Source: Candidatus Obscuribacteraceae bacterium
Lineage (GTDB): Bacteria > Cyanobacteriota > Vampirovibrionia > Obscuribacterales > Obscuribacteraceae
Reading direction: 5' to 3'
Length of the DNA: 64,000 nucleotides
NCBI GenBank assembly: GCA_044229845.1
Contig: JBGASG010000006.1
Location: 1-64,000 of the forward strand
The notes under the pieces were generated by a model. That model was not told where the DNA came from. It saw only the letters and a program-made list of their open reading frames with translations, and ran no database searches. Position 1 is the first letter of the stretch. The number at the start of each line of letters is the position of its first letter. A program made the translations under genes and the position numbers. Positions 17,911-28,191 of the stretch are shown piece after piece.

Positions 17911-20100
17911 ATGCGGCGAAGCAGACGATTGTCTGCGCATCCGCCTCTTGAGGTCCAGGGCTTGTCAGCAGCAAAAGCAATTTTGGTCGTAGACAATGAC
18001 GCGACGTTCCGTCAGTCGATGGTCGGACTGCTTGGCATGACCGGCTTCGACATCCTGGAAGCGAGCTCCACCGTTGAAGCCGTGGAGTTACTTTCACGCG
18101 CAGACCTGGTTCTTTGCATCGTCGATTTTAAGCTTCCTGATGCCAGCGGCATCTCTTGCATCAGTCAAATCCGAGAGTCCGGTCACAAGACGCCAATCGT
18201 TTTCACCAGCGTGTCGGCGTGCGACCCGGATACTTTCGGGTATCTCCGCAATATCTTGAATGTTTCGCTGGTCCTGCAAAAACCAGTCGATCCGACTTTA
18301 TTCCTGGATCAAATCGAAGGGCTTTTACCGGCCGAGCGCCCCCTTCCACGCGCACCATCAGCGGTGCCTGCATCGGCGGCGGCCGTGCAGCAAGGCTACT
18401 TCGTGTCGTCTCGGTCTACGCCTACTCCGGATCCCGCACCGCAACCGGTTGTCATCGAAGCCAGTGTCGATGCGGAAAAACTGCAAGAGCAGCTGATTCA
18501 ACTTGCGGCACAGAAGAAAGCACAGGCGGATCAATATCTGAAGACAGTGCAGTCCGATGTCGCTAACAACTTGCCGGCACACTGGGAAAACCTCTCCAAG
18601 GCGTTGCACGGCTTGCAGAGCGACAGTGCCAATGCAGAAAAACGCGAACGCGTGGCGTTCATTGCTCACTCAATGAAAACTGTCGCCACGACGCTTGGAC
18701 ACCTGGCACTCAGTAACTGTGCGGCCAAGATCGAGGGACACGTCGAATTGCTCGATCCAAACGACCCGCCCGCCCACAGTTTGCTATGGCTGGAGATCTT
18801 CCGTTCTCTAAGCGACGGCGAAGAAGAGTTGCGCATCATATCGGCCGCACTGGCTGCGGCGATGCCGGGACGCCGTGTTCCAGTCGGTCGCATTCTGGTA
18901 TACGGCAATCAAGACTCACTACCGCCGCCCAGCGAAACACCATCGGCGGTGGATGCCCGCTTCATCTTCGCTGATACGCCGTTGCAAGCGGCTATCGAAG
19001 CAGCATCCAGCCGCTTCGACGCTGCAATCCTCGATGTCACTGCCGCCGGCGGGCAGGACGAAGCGATCGGTCTGACGAAAGAACTGCGCATGAGCGGTCT
19101 TAACGAGCGGCTGCCGGTCGGATATTTGCTCGAGAAAGACACTCGCATGGAGGCTGCCGACCGCATTTTTGCCGGCGCTTCTCTGACCTTGCCGCTGCCG
19201 ATCGCCCAGCAACAACTCGACGATTGCCTGATCAAACTGGCAACGGCATTCACAGCCAGTCAGCCGACAGTGCTGGCCGTGGATGACGACAAGGTTTCTA
19301 CTCTGGTCATCGAACGCGTGCTGACGAACAACTCTATCAAGGCGTCCATACTCAACGACCCGATCAATATTCTCGACACGCTGGAACGATTGCATCCCGA
19401 CGTCATGCTTCTCGATGTGATGATGCCGGGTCTGAGCGGCTACGACATCTGCCGCATCATGCGAGCCACCGAAAAGTGGGCAAACCTGCCGATTATTTTC
19501 CTGACCGCCAAGGACGATCCGCAGTCGCGCAGCATCGCACTGCAGGCCGGCGGCAACGACTTTTTGACGAAACCAATCATTCCCGACGATTTGCTCAGTC
19601 GCGTCAACATGCAATTGAAACGCTCGAAGGAAAACAAAGACAAGCAGGCAGCAGAAGAAGAAGCGGCAAGTTTGCTGCGCGAAAAGGCCTTTATGTCCAA
19701 GGTCTCCGAGTTGCTGGTCCATTGCGGACGCTCAAACCAGGAGATGACTCTCTGCTTGATTCGCATCGATAAGAGCACCGACCACGGAATGTTTTCGCAG
19801 ATCAACGTCTTCTCCACCGTGGGCAAAATGCTGCATGCCCGTTTCCCATCCGAGGCGCTGCGCGGCGTCTGGCCCGGAGGTTTCTCACTGGCACTGTGCA
19901 ACGAAAACTGGCGCGCGGTCGCGACCGCCATGGAACGTTGGTGCCGCGAAGTGGAGAACGTGCAGTTTTCCGGTGAGAGCGGTGCGCGTTTCGGCATATC
20001 TGTGAAAACTGGTATCGCGCGCTATCCCGCTGACGGTTACTCGCAGGAAGCTCTGGTAGCCGCGGCACACAACCGTCTGGAGAAGAAGATTTCTACCTAG
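17911..20100 (+). CDS. Multi-domain response regulator: REC - HPt-like - pseudo-REC - REC - degenerate GGDEF
   Basis: ILVVDND...IVD...QKP; AHSMK; AVDDD...LLDVMMPG...TKP; C-terminal GGDEF-fold residues (GIARYPADG..EALVAAA) with GVWPGGF in place of GGDEF; start uncertain. Confidence 0.85.
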   Translation: MRRSRRLSAHPPLEVQGLSAAKAILVVDNDATFRQSMVGLLGMTGFDILEASSTVEAVELLSRADLVLCIVDFKLPDASGISCISQIRESGHKTPIVFTSVSACDPDTFGYLRNILNVSLVLQKPVDPTLFLDQIEGLLPAERPLPRAPSAVPASAAAVQQGYFVSSRSTPTPDPAPQPVVIEASVDAEKLQEQLIQLAAQKKAQADQYLKTVQSDVANNLPAHWENLSKALHGLQSDSANAEKRERVAFIAHSMKTVATTLGHLALSNCAAKIEGHVELLDPNDPPAHSLLWLEIFRSLSDGEEELRIISAALAAAMPGRRVPVGRILVYGNQDSLPPPSETPSAVDARFIFADTPLQAAIEAASSRFDAAILDVTAAGGQDEAIGLTKELRMSGLNERLPVGYLLEKDTRMEAADRIFAGASLTLPLPIAQQQLDDCLIKLATAFTASQPTVLAVDDDKVSTLVIERVLTNNSIKASILNDPINILDTLERLHPDVMLLDVMMPGLSGYDICRIMRATEKWANLPIIFLTAKDDPQSRSIALQAGGNDFLTKPIIPDDLLSRVNMQLKRSKENKDKQAAEEEAASLLREKAFMSKVSELLVHCGRSNQEMTLCLIRIDKSTDHGMFSQINVFSTVGKMLHARFPSEALRGVWPGGFSLALCNENWRAVATAMERWCREVENVQFSGESGARFGISVKTGIARYPADGYSQEALVAAAHNRLEKKIST

Positions 20101-20112
20101 CAGCAGCTCCGC

Positions 20113-20403
20113 CTATTTCAGCTTTTGCTGCAGGTCGGTAACTACTTGCTCAAGAATGGACACACGTTGCACCAAATCCGGTGCCTTCTCGCGAGCTGTC
20201 TCAATTTGCAGCTTTTCCTGAACCCATTGCCGAAGGATCGTACCAACCGGCATTTTTGCCTTTTCCGCCGCAGTCATGACCGCCAGGATTGTCTCTTCAT
20301 CAGCACGAAATTGCAAAATACCGCGCTCCGCAATCCGCTTTCTGGCATCGCCCTTTAACTCTTTGTGCGCCTTCTCCAGCTGCTTCTTATCTAGCTTAGC
20401 CAT
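20113..20403 (-). CDS. Putative antitoxin with RHH-like DNA-binding segment (BrnA/CopG-like)
   Basis: Start reassigned to MAKLDKK (ATG 20403); ILQFRADEETI..V..AAEKAKMPVGTILRQWV; overlaps the upstream toxin-like gene by 8 nt. Confidence 0.6.
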   Translation of the reverse strand: MAKLDKKQLEKAHKELKGDARKRIAERGILQFRADEETILAVMTAAEKAKMPVGTILRQWVQEKLQIETAREKAPDLVQRVSILEQVVTDLQQKLK

Positions 20404-20674
20404 GGCTTCTGCTCCATTCATCTTCGAACATTTTTCGGTATTCTGGCGAGACAGTCTGCGCGTGAAAGACGAAAACAGTGCTTGCAGTTTTATAACGCAA
20501 GCCGACTTCAATCAGTTTCTCGCCAAAAGTGTATCCAACGAGCATTTCGCAAGTGTCTTCTTCATGATCCAGAGGGAAATAGCTGACCATCGAGCCAGCC
20601 AATACCTCGTCAATCATCTCCGGTGTAATGCCGTGGCGATTCAAGCTGTCCAAGTTGTACCCAACGATCTTCAT
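20396..20674 (-). CDS. Putative BrnT/RelE-fold toxin
   Basis: 92 aa; RHGITPE.I.EVL, LVGYT...LIEV, VFHA; toxin-first order with an RHH gene. Confidence 0.6.
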   Translation of the reverse strand: MKIVGYNLDSLNRHGITPEMIDEVLAGSMVSYFPLDHEEDTCEMLVGYTFGEKLIEVGLRYKTASTVFVFHAQTVSPEYRKMFEDEWSRSHG

Positions 20675-20786
20675 AGCTTGCTCGCCAAGGTACTACATAA
20701 TTGTACTACACTTTGTACAACCGGGCAAATGATGATACTCGAAGACGTGACGCTCCGGTAGGTCCCGTATTCGCCCTACTGCCAGC

Positions 20787-21614
20787 TTAAGCGGCTTTGT
20801 TTTCGGCTGCGTTCTCAGGCGTGGCGGTCGGCTTCGGGAAACGTGAGTAGATCTCCATGCGCAGGTCGCTTTGCAATGCATCGGGGTCGTCCATGAACTT
20901 GTTGGTGGCACAGACGACAGCAAATTTTGCCGTGTCGCTCGTCGCATCTTCGAAGTGCACTTGTGGGGTTGGACTATCGAGCACGCCGTCGTGCGCCGAG
21001 ACGATCTCGACAATTTCCTTTTGCAATTGCGGCAGCGACTTGCTAATTGGCACGTTGATTGAAAAACGGGCGAAGGCGCGTTGTGCCTGCAGGGTATAGT
21101 TCATGACCTTCGAGGTGATGAATTCAGAGTTGGGCACCATCACCGACACACCATCTGTGGTGACAATGGTGGTTGCCCGCAGAGATATATTCTGTACGCG
21201 TCCAACCACATCTCCGACCTGAACTTTGTCGCCGAGCTTGATGGAACGTTCGAAAAGGATGATCAGCCCGCTAATCAGATTGCTGGTGATTTGTTGCAAA
21301 CCAAAGCTGATACCGATACCGAGTGCGCCGACCACGACGGTGATGGCGCTGAGATCAATGCCGGCGCTCTGCAGCAGAATGATGAAACCAAATGTCAGGA
21401 TCAAGTAATGCAATGTGGTTCCGATTGCTTGCTGGGCAATCGGATTGATGCGGCTGCGCGAGATGACGCGCTTCATCAACCACTCCGTCAATCTGTCGCT
21501 GAGCCGCACGAGTACGAATGACAGTATGACAATGTACATCAGGGACCAGAGCGTGACGTCTGTAGTGCCAAGCTTGAATAGCTTGACATCAAACAATCCG
21601 TTGAGCGAATTCAT
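20787..21614 (-). CDS. Small-conductance mechanosensitive channel (MscS family)
   Basis: GALGIGISFGLQ...SNLISGLIILFERSIKLGD.V, I.LRAT, VPNSEF. Confidence 0.92.
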   Translation of the reverse strand: MNSLNGLFDVKLFKLGTTDVTLWSLMYIVILSFVLVRLSDRLTEWLMKRVISRSRINPIAQQAIGTTLHYLILTFGFIILLQSAGIDLSAITVVVGALGIGISFGLQQITSNLISGLIILFERSIKLGDKVQVGDVVGRVQNISLRATTIVTTDGVSVMVPNSEFITSKVMNYTLQAQRAFARFSINVPISKSLPQLQKEIVEIVSAHDGVLDSPTPQVHFEDATSDTAKFAVVCATNKFMDDPDALQSDLRMEIYSRFPKPTATPENAAENKAA

Positions 21615-21703
21615 AGGCGTTCCTTCAATTCGTATGTTCCGATTGAGAAACAGTCGAGCCTGAGCAACAAGAGGTTCCCTCCATCGCGGTCAGGTAACGT
21701 TTC

Positions 21704-22261
21704 CTATCGCTGATTGAAGTCTATTAGCGGCATGCGCGGCACTCTGGTGTCGTGCGTATAAACTTTAGCCAGCCCGACCGCGACGATCGCGCAAATGACG
21801 CCACCGGCGATGGCAGAGATCGGGGCACTGGCGATCATCAGCATCGAGCGGGCGCCCGAGATCAATCCGGCCACGCAGACGGCAGGCAAGCGGTCACCCG
21901 GGCGACTAAATTTAAAGGTGGTGGCGGCGTAAACCGCTCCAATCACAAAACCAAGGCCGCTGCCGAAGCGAGTATAGCCGCGGAAGTACATGTTGTTCCA
22001 CTGGATTAGATCCTCGACCATACCCGGCACGGTGCCGGCGGCGTAGCGACGAAACGGTTCCTGAGCCACAGGCGTCGGATCGAAATACGGAAACCAGACA
22101 GTTGCGGATCTCGTACCGGTGGTTCGCACTGCATCAATGACGCCCATCAGTAAGCCGGTGAGCCAGGCCATGACACACGCCAGTAGCACCACATACAGTA
22201 TCGAAAGCAGCACCTTGCCCCAGCGCCGCACAGCACTCTCCTTCTGCAATTCGTTACTCAT
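21704..22261 (-). CDS. Hypothetical multi-pass membrane protein
   Basis: About four hydrophobic segments; start reassigned to MSNELQK (ATG 22261), overlapping the upstream stop. Confidence 0.7.
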   Translation of the reverse strand: MSNELQKESAVRRWGKVLLSILYVVLLACVMAWLTGLLMGVIDAVRTTGTRSATVWFPYFDPTPVAQEPFRRYAAGTVPGMVEDLIQWNNMYFRGYTRFGSGLGFVIGAVYAATTFKFSRPGDRLPAVCVAGLISGARSMLMIASAPISAIAGGVICAIVAVGLAKVYTHDTRVPRMPLIDFNQR

Positions 22262-24026
22262 CGCTCGTTTGCTCCCCGGGCATGATTGACTTGACCGCAT
22301 CATGCGCCGCTTCGTTGTATGGGTCTAATTGCAGGGCGCGCATAACTACATCGACCGCCTGGTCTTTCTTCTGCGAACGCATTAGAAGGTTCGCCGCATA
22401 CGCCAGTCCGGCAGGATCCTGCACGTTGGCATTAATGATGTTGCCCATGCGCTCAGCAAAGTCGCCGTCGCGCTTCTCAACCAATGCCATCTCAGCCAGA
22501 TATATCGCCGGCCAGACATCCTTCGGACGCAGCTCCTGAGCCTTATTGAAGTCCTTTAATGCCAGCGCATTGTCTCCGGAGCGGAAATTAAACTTGCCGC
22601 GCTCCAGGTAAAACTCGAACGACGTTTGATGCGCGCGCTCCAGGTCATCAAACAATTTGGCGGCAGTACTGAAGTTGCCCGCTTGCGTTTCGTATTCGGC
22701 GCGCACCAAAATACCAAACTGACGCTCGGCTTCCGTCGAGGGCTCAGGCAGATTGTCGAGAATTTTGCGGGCGGCAACTATGTCGTCCTCTTTTAGCTTG
22801 GCACGCGCGAACAGCTGATGCGCTTTCAAGTTGTTTGGCTCTTGCTTGACCACAAAGCGCAACGATCTTTCTGCGGCGCGCGGATTGCCGGTGCGAATCT
22901 CGAGATCGGCCAAATTCATGTAACCCGGCAGATAACGAGGTTGCAACGCCACGCACTTGCGCAAGAGTGCTCGCGCCAGGTAGAAATCCGCCTGCCTGAC
23001 GGCAATGTTTGCCAGTGCCGACTTGGCCTCGACCAGATCGGGGCGCAGTTGCAGTGCCCGCTCCCAATGTTTCTTCGCATCAGCAACACGCCCCAGGCGG
23101 AACTCGGAGCGGGCCAGTTGATCCCAGGCGCGCGGAAAGACCGGGTTAATTTGCGTTGCCACTACGTAGGCTTTGCGCGCGCCTTCATAATCCTGGCGCG
23201 CAAAACGCGCGTTGCCTTCATTGTAAAAGTAGTTGGTGCCAGCAGTGCGTCCCACCACCATCACAAATCCAATAGCAATGATCAACGTGAAGAGAACGCG
23301 TTTTTTGAAGCCCTTATCGTGAGACGCCCGCAGGTCCGGAAGGGCGCTTTGATCGAAGGCATAGAGCTTGGGTGAGTCTGGAATGAAACCGAACGTGCGC
23401 TGGCAGGCATGTCCAAACAAAGATCCGAATTCAGCTTGGGAGAATGAAAAGGATGGTATCACTTGTCCAGCCAAAACTGGTGGTTTGCCTTTTTTCCGGC
23501 GCTCGACATAAAAGACGATGCGCTGCGCATTTGGACGCAAAAAGAAAAACGCCGAAAACACTGGATGTTCGTCCAGTCCGATCGCCTTGACGTCGCGCCA
23601 CAGTGTCTTTTTGCCGAAGCGCCAGAGACGAATGCCCTCCTGATCGAACAGTATGCCACCACCGACGATGCCACCGACAAGAAACATCGCCCACACCGAG
23701 ACGGCAAAAAGCAGGTAAGCGCTCAACCAGAGTCCACACATACGGATTAACAGATGGGCGAAGTCGGAAGTCGAAGCAATCAATGCCGGCACCTCCTGAA
23801 AAACCAGGACAGTCGCGATCGTGATGGCACTGCCGAAGGCAAACTTGGCCAGCGCCGCCGGGTTAGCCTGCAACTGAAAGGCACCGGGCAGCACCGGTCG
23901 GTCGGATTCCGGTGCCGGTGCGGACGCATGCGCCCCAGCCTCGGTGGGCTCGGACTCGATGGTTAGTTTGGTCTGGTAAGGTGGGGTTGGCTCGCTGGGC
24001 GGCTCAACCGTCGGGACTTCACTCAT
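22254..24026 (-). CDS. Membrane protein with C-terminal TPR repeats
   Basis: Three TM segments, then repeated TPRs (AWDQLARSE...ALQLRP, YMNLADLE, YLERG...AQELRP). Confidence 0.85.
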   Translation of the reverse strand: MSEVPTVEPPSEPTPPYQTKLTIESEPTEAGAHASAPAPESDRPVLPGAFQLQANPAALAKFAFGSAITIATVLVFQEVPALIASTSDFAHLLIRMCGLWLSAYLLFAVSVWAMFLVGGIVGGGILFDQEGIRLWRFGKKTLWRDVKAIGLDEHPVFSAFFFLRPNAQRIVFYVERRKKGKPPVLAGQVIPSFSFSQAEFGSLFGHACQRTFGFIPDSPKLYAFDQSALPDLRASHDKGFKKRVLFTLIIAIGFVMVVGRTAGTNYFYNEGNARFARQDYEGARKAYVVATQINPVFPRAWDQLARSEFRLGRVADAKKHWERALQLRPDLVEAKSALANIAVRQADFYLARALLRKCVALQPRYLPGYMNLADLEIRTGNPRAAERSLRFVVKQEPNNLKAHQLFARAKLKEDDIVAARKILDNLPEPSTEAERQFGILVRAEYETQAGNFSTAAKLFDDLERAHQTSFEFYLERGKFNFRSGDNALALKDFNKAQELRPKDVWPAIYLAEMALVEKRDGDFAERMGNIINANVQDPAGLAYAANLLMRSQKKDQAVDVVMRALQLDPYNEAAHDAVKSIMPGEQTSDE

Positions 24027-24153
24027 ATATACCGATAGTTTGATTTAGATGTCGCCGGTTGGCAAGTATGAAAACCCTGGCTTTCGGCTCTAGCCAGGCG
24101 TACGCTTCCTCGGCAGGCAGTTTAGGGGTATAAGAAAGTAGCACTGCGAGGCT

Positions 24154-26937
24154 ATGGGAATCAATCAGCGAGATCAACTGATCAATACCGTTCTCGACGG
24201 ACGTTATCGCATTAACGATCTGGTCGGTGTTGGTGGCATGGGCAGTGTTTACGAAGCCACGCACACGGTCATGGATCGCAGCGTCGCTATCAAAATTTTG
24301 CACGCCACCGATGCCGCCGGTATCAAACGATTCGAACGCGAGGCACGCGCTCTGTCAGCCATCAAGAGTCCTGCCATCCCTGAGTTTTACGGGTGGGGGG
24401 TGACGCCGGCGGGCTGTCCATACATGGTCATGGAGTTCATAGATTTTCCGCCACTCAGCGAGCTGATTGGCGAGAGCGGCACGCTGGCGCCCGAAACAGT
24501 CAAGCAAATTGCAATTGCTGCGTGCGACGCACTGAGCGCAATCCATCAGGCAGGCCTGGTGCATCGCGATATCAAGCCGGCAAATCTCATGGTTCAAGCG
24601 CTGTCCGATGGCACTGTAAAAGTCAAGGTGACAGACCTGGGCATTGCCCGCGTTGCCGCTTCAATGGGTGGCACCACACAAACGCAGAGCGTGGTCGGCA
24701 GCATCGCGTACATGAGTCCCGAGCATTACACGCCGGCGGCATTAGAGGAACGCTCCGACTTGTTTTCCCTGGGCTGCGTGATGTATCGCTGTTTAGCGGG
24801 ACACACTCCCTATGAGGGCGAGACTGCACTATCGACCGCATTAAAGATGCGCGAGGGCGAACGCGATCCACTACCAGATACCGTTCCGGTCTATCTGCGC
24901 AATGCAATAGATCGCTGCCTGGCAGTCGATCCGGAACAACGGTTTGCGTCGGCAAAGGAATTACAAGACTCATTGCTCAAAGAGATCGTCGAACCGCTCA
25001 CTGTCGGTAGTGTGAGGAAACGCAGCCTGCGATCAACGGTGAGCCCGAAGTGGCTGGCGCTGATCGCGGTACTGGCAATGGTGCCTGTCACTTACGTGGT
25101 GCTGGTCGGTGGGCAACAAAAACAAACCGAATCAGGATCGGAGAACACCCTGCTGTATAAGCAGGCGATGGCAATTCCGTTCACAGAAGATCCTTCCTCA
25201 GAACTGGTCTGGATCAAAGATCACTACTCAGATCCGCAAACAGTGGCAGCCATCCTGCGCTTGCGGTATCAGCAGAACATGGAGAATGGTCGCATCACGC
25301 GCGCTCTAACCCAGCACCGTCAACTAGGAGTGTACCTGCGAGACCAGGGTTGGCTGGGTGACTCGCTTAAAGAGTTGCAGTCCGCGCTGTCGGAAGTCGA
25401 AGCCGCTCCGGAGCTGAAAAAGCTGTCGGTGGCGAAGACCGAGATGGAGCTGGGCAGAACGGCATTCTTGATGAAGGATTTCGATTTAGCCCATCTGATG
25501 CTGGACAAGGCGTTGGTAATCTTAGAGGAGGAAGAGCCAGGCGGCGAAGCGCGTGCGAACGCGGCGCTGACGCGAGCTCAAGTTCACGAAAATAATGGGG
25601 AGCCGCTAAAACAGGCCTGCGTTGACTATGAAACCGCCATGGACATTTTTCACCGGCGCCTCTTCTTCGATCGGGAGCTCGCGTGCCTTGCGGGACTGGT
25701 CGGGGTAAAGGAGCGGATGCACGATAAAACTGGACTTTCACAACTCCGGCAACGACTCCAGCAACTGAAGCTGCGGGAGAAGTACCAGTTGGTTATGGAA
25801 AAAGCCAATCTCAATGACCTTCTCAATACAGAGCGCTTACCGCCGCTTGCGGACATGATTGCAGCGGTCGAGTTTTATCGCGGGAGCAATATTACACAAG
25901 AGGGCGGCTCGCTGTCCTCTTTGTGTATTCGCATCGGGCAAGTGTACCGAGCGCAGGGGAATCCAACGGAATGTGTTAAGTGGTTTCAGGAGTCCATCAA
26001 GGTAGCAGCCACTTCGCAATCAAGATTTGTTCGACTGGCAAACTTGAACTATTGCTTGACCGCTCTGGTCCAACTTGATAAATCTCAGACACCAAACTTA
26101 GCGCGGCACATACTGGAAGTATTCGAAGCGTCCGTACTGGACCCACTGAATAGGGACGAGTTCGTTCCTGCTCAATTCTGTCGCAACTATTCCTTGACGC
26201 TGATCATGCTGATTGAGGAGAAAGTTTCTGGCTCGCGTGCTGTAGCCGCAAAACTGGCCGAGTTTGCAAAACAACGCGCTGAAAGTCCACCGGACGATAT
26301 GGAACCTCCGGAAAGGCTGATTTACATCAATTGCTATCTCGAACTCAAGACTGCGCTCGCCGAGCAGGCAAGTGCTTTACCATTTTTAGAGGAGCGGGCA
26401 CTGCCGATGGTGGCAGAAATAACTCCCAGCGGGCAGACTTACTCAGTCGATGAATTGTCACGCTTCTGGCAAGATGCAGCCGCTATTTACAAGGCAACAG
26501 GGCAAACGGATAAGAACATCGAGTCCAGCATCAGGGGCTATAACCTTAATCGCGCTGCGCAGTCGCCTCTCGCGAAGGCAGTAACGGCGCGCCACGTCGG
26601 CGATACGCTGATAAGAGCCAACAGAATGAGGGAGGCTAAGCCATATTTTCTAGAATCTCGTGAAGTAAGCCGTCGTATGTTGTCCGACGCAAAAACAGCG
26701 GCGGACAAGGCAGAAGCTCTCAGGCTCACTGATTGGTCGGCTTATGCGGTTGCCAGTTATTACTTGCTGGAAAACGACCTGGAGAAGGCGCGAGCAGTCT
26801 GTGCGGAGCAGGAAAAACTCTGGAAAGAAGTGGGCGAAAGCAGTCAGAGTTTCTCTGTCAAGAAGTTGATTGAAGAGATCGAAGCGCGTAAAACCGCCGC
26901 CAGTTCAGCGTCTGAGAAACAGAAGACCGATCATTAA
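24154..26937 (+). CDS. Ser/Thr protein kinase with TM helix and long TPR-like domain
   Basis: GVGGMGSVY, AIK, HRDIKPAN, DLG (for DFG), YMSPE; TM WLALIAVLAMVPVTYVVLV. Confidence 0.93.
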   Translation: MGINQRDQLINTVLDGRYRINDLVGVGGMGSVYEATHTVMDRSVAIKILHATDAAGIKRFEREARALSAIKSPAIPEFYGWGVTPAGCPYMVMEFIDFPPLSELIGESGTLAPETVKQIAIAACDALSAIHQAGLVHRDIKPANLMVQALSDGTVKVKVTDLGIARVAASMGGTTQTQSVVGSIAYMSPEHYTPAALEERSDLFSLGCVMYRCLAGHTPYEGETALSTALKMREGERDPLPDTVPVYLRNAIDRCLAVDPEQRFASAKELQDSLLKEIVEPLTVGSVRKRSLRSTVSPKWLALIAVLAMVPVTYVVLVGGQQKQTESGSENTLLYKQAMAIPFTEDPSSELVWIKDHYSDPQTVAAILRLRYQQNMENGRITRALTQHRQLGVYLRDQGWLGDSLKELQSALSEVEAAPELKKLSVAKTEMELGRTAFLMKDFDLAHLMLDKALVILEEEEPGGEARANAALTRAQVHENNGEPLKQACVDYETAMDIFHRRLFFDRELACLAGLVGVKERMHDKTGLSQLRQRLQQLKLREKYQLVMEKANLNDLLNTERLPPLADMIAAVEFYRGSNITQEGGSLSSLCIRIGQVYRAQGNPTECVKWFQESIKVAATSQSRFVRLANLNYCLTALVQLDKSQTPNLARHILEVFEASVLDPLNRDEFVPAQFCRNYSLTLIMLIEEKVSGSRAVAAKLAEFAKQRAESPPDDMEPPERLIYINCYLELKTALAEQASALPFLEERALPMVAEITPSGQTYSVDELSRFWQDAAAIYKATGQTDKNIESSIRGYNLNRAAQSPLAKAVTARHVGDTLIRANRMREAKPYFLESREVSRRMLSDAKTAADKAEALRLTDWSAYAVASYYLLENDLEKARAVCAEQEKLWKEVGESSQSFSVKKLIEEIEARKTAASSASEKQKTDH

Positions 26938-27094
26938 ACCGTCAGTCTCATTGTAGCCCAATGGCCACATGTAGGTTTCGAGAGACACATGAGTTGGTAT
27001 ATCTGCTGTACGGTTGAACGGCAACCGTGTCTTGAAAACAAGCACACATCGGCTTTGACGGCATGTCTTGGTCCGATAAATGGAACCTTGTGAT

Positions 27095-28120
27095 ATGAAA
27101 AAGCCCAGGTATCTCCCATTTCTCCTGTTTCTTCTGATGACGTTTGTCTACGCTGCACCGCGTGCCAGCGCCAAGTACCTTCATTATGAAGAAGACGGTC
27201 AAATAAACGAAAAGCTGCACATGCCGGTTTATCACTGGTCTGAAACCAATGTTTCACCGTGCGGCATTGTGATTGCGATTCATGGTGTGTCGATGCACGG
27301 TCGCTCTTATGACGGTCTGGGCAGACAACTGGCCACCATGGGTTTCGAAGTTTATGCGACCGATTTGAGAGGATACGGACGCAATCTCGATCACACGCAC
27401 AAATACTGTGAGAGCAAGTCGGATTGCAAACACAAAGTGAAGTATCGCAAGAGCATCGACGACCTGACTCGTCTGGCTCAATATGTGCGCAAGGAACATC
27501 CAGGCATTCCGGTGTATTTCGTTGGCGAAAGCCTCGGTTCGTCTCTAGCGGTACGCTTCGCCGCCCTTCATCCGGAATTGACGGATGGCTTGATTCTGGC
27601 GGCACCGGCGGTGCGCCCGCATTCGATAATAGATTCCAAAACCCTTACGTGCGCCGGGCTGATGGCAGCGTTCCCGCGCGCGCAATGCGATGTTTCTCCC
27701 TTTGTAGGTCGTTACGGCAAAGGCGATCCCGTGGTCGCTGAAGAACTGAAGCGCGATCCACTGGTGCGTCGCAAACTGAGCGGCATTCAGGTTTTGCAAT
27801 CGTGCTGGGCTGTCTATCGCACGCTGCCGCTCGCTAAGAGAGTGAAGTCGGACGTGCCGGTGCTGGTGCTGCAAGGCAGCGCAGATCGCTGCGTCAAGGC
27901 CAACGCTGTCGTCAAACTTTTGAGCACATTGAAGTCTTCGGATCAGACAGTGCGCTGGTTCCACTCGCGCGGTCACATCCTGCTGGAAACGGCTCACATC
28001 AAGCCCGACACCATGCAGACTGTCTGCGGTTGGCTCGTGGAGCACACGGAGAATTCGCGTCTGGGTTACACAGCCGCGAAGCAGGTCGAGGGGCACATCA
28101 CTTCGTATCCAGTGCAATGA
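27095..28120 (+). CDS. Exported alpha/beta hydrolase (lysophospholipase/monoglyceride lipase-like)
   Basis: Signal peptide from MKKPRY; IHG, DLRGYG, GESLG, QGSAD, GHIL. Confidence 0.88.
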   Translation: MKKPRYLPFLLFLLMTFVYAAPRASAKYLHYEEDGQINEKLHMPVYHWSETNVSPCGIVIAIHGVSMHGRSYDGLGRQLATMGFEVYATDLRGYGRNLDHTHKYCESKSDCKHKVKYRKSIDDLTRLAQYVRKEHPGIPVYFVGESLGSSLAVRFAALHPELTDGLILAAPAVRPHSIIDSKTLTCAGLMAAFPRAQCDVSPFVGRYGKGDPVVAEELKRDPLVRRKLSGIQVLQSCWAVYRTLPLAKRVKSDVPVLVLQGSADRCVKANAVVKLLSTLKSSDQTVRWFHSRGHILLETAHIKPDTMQTVCGWLVEHTENSRLGYTAAKQVEGHITSYPVQ

Positions 28121-28191
28121 ACAAGTTGCCGGCGCAATGAACTATTGCCAGCGCCAGCGGTTAACGGTATAAAGCAGGTGGATCATTCTGC

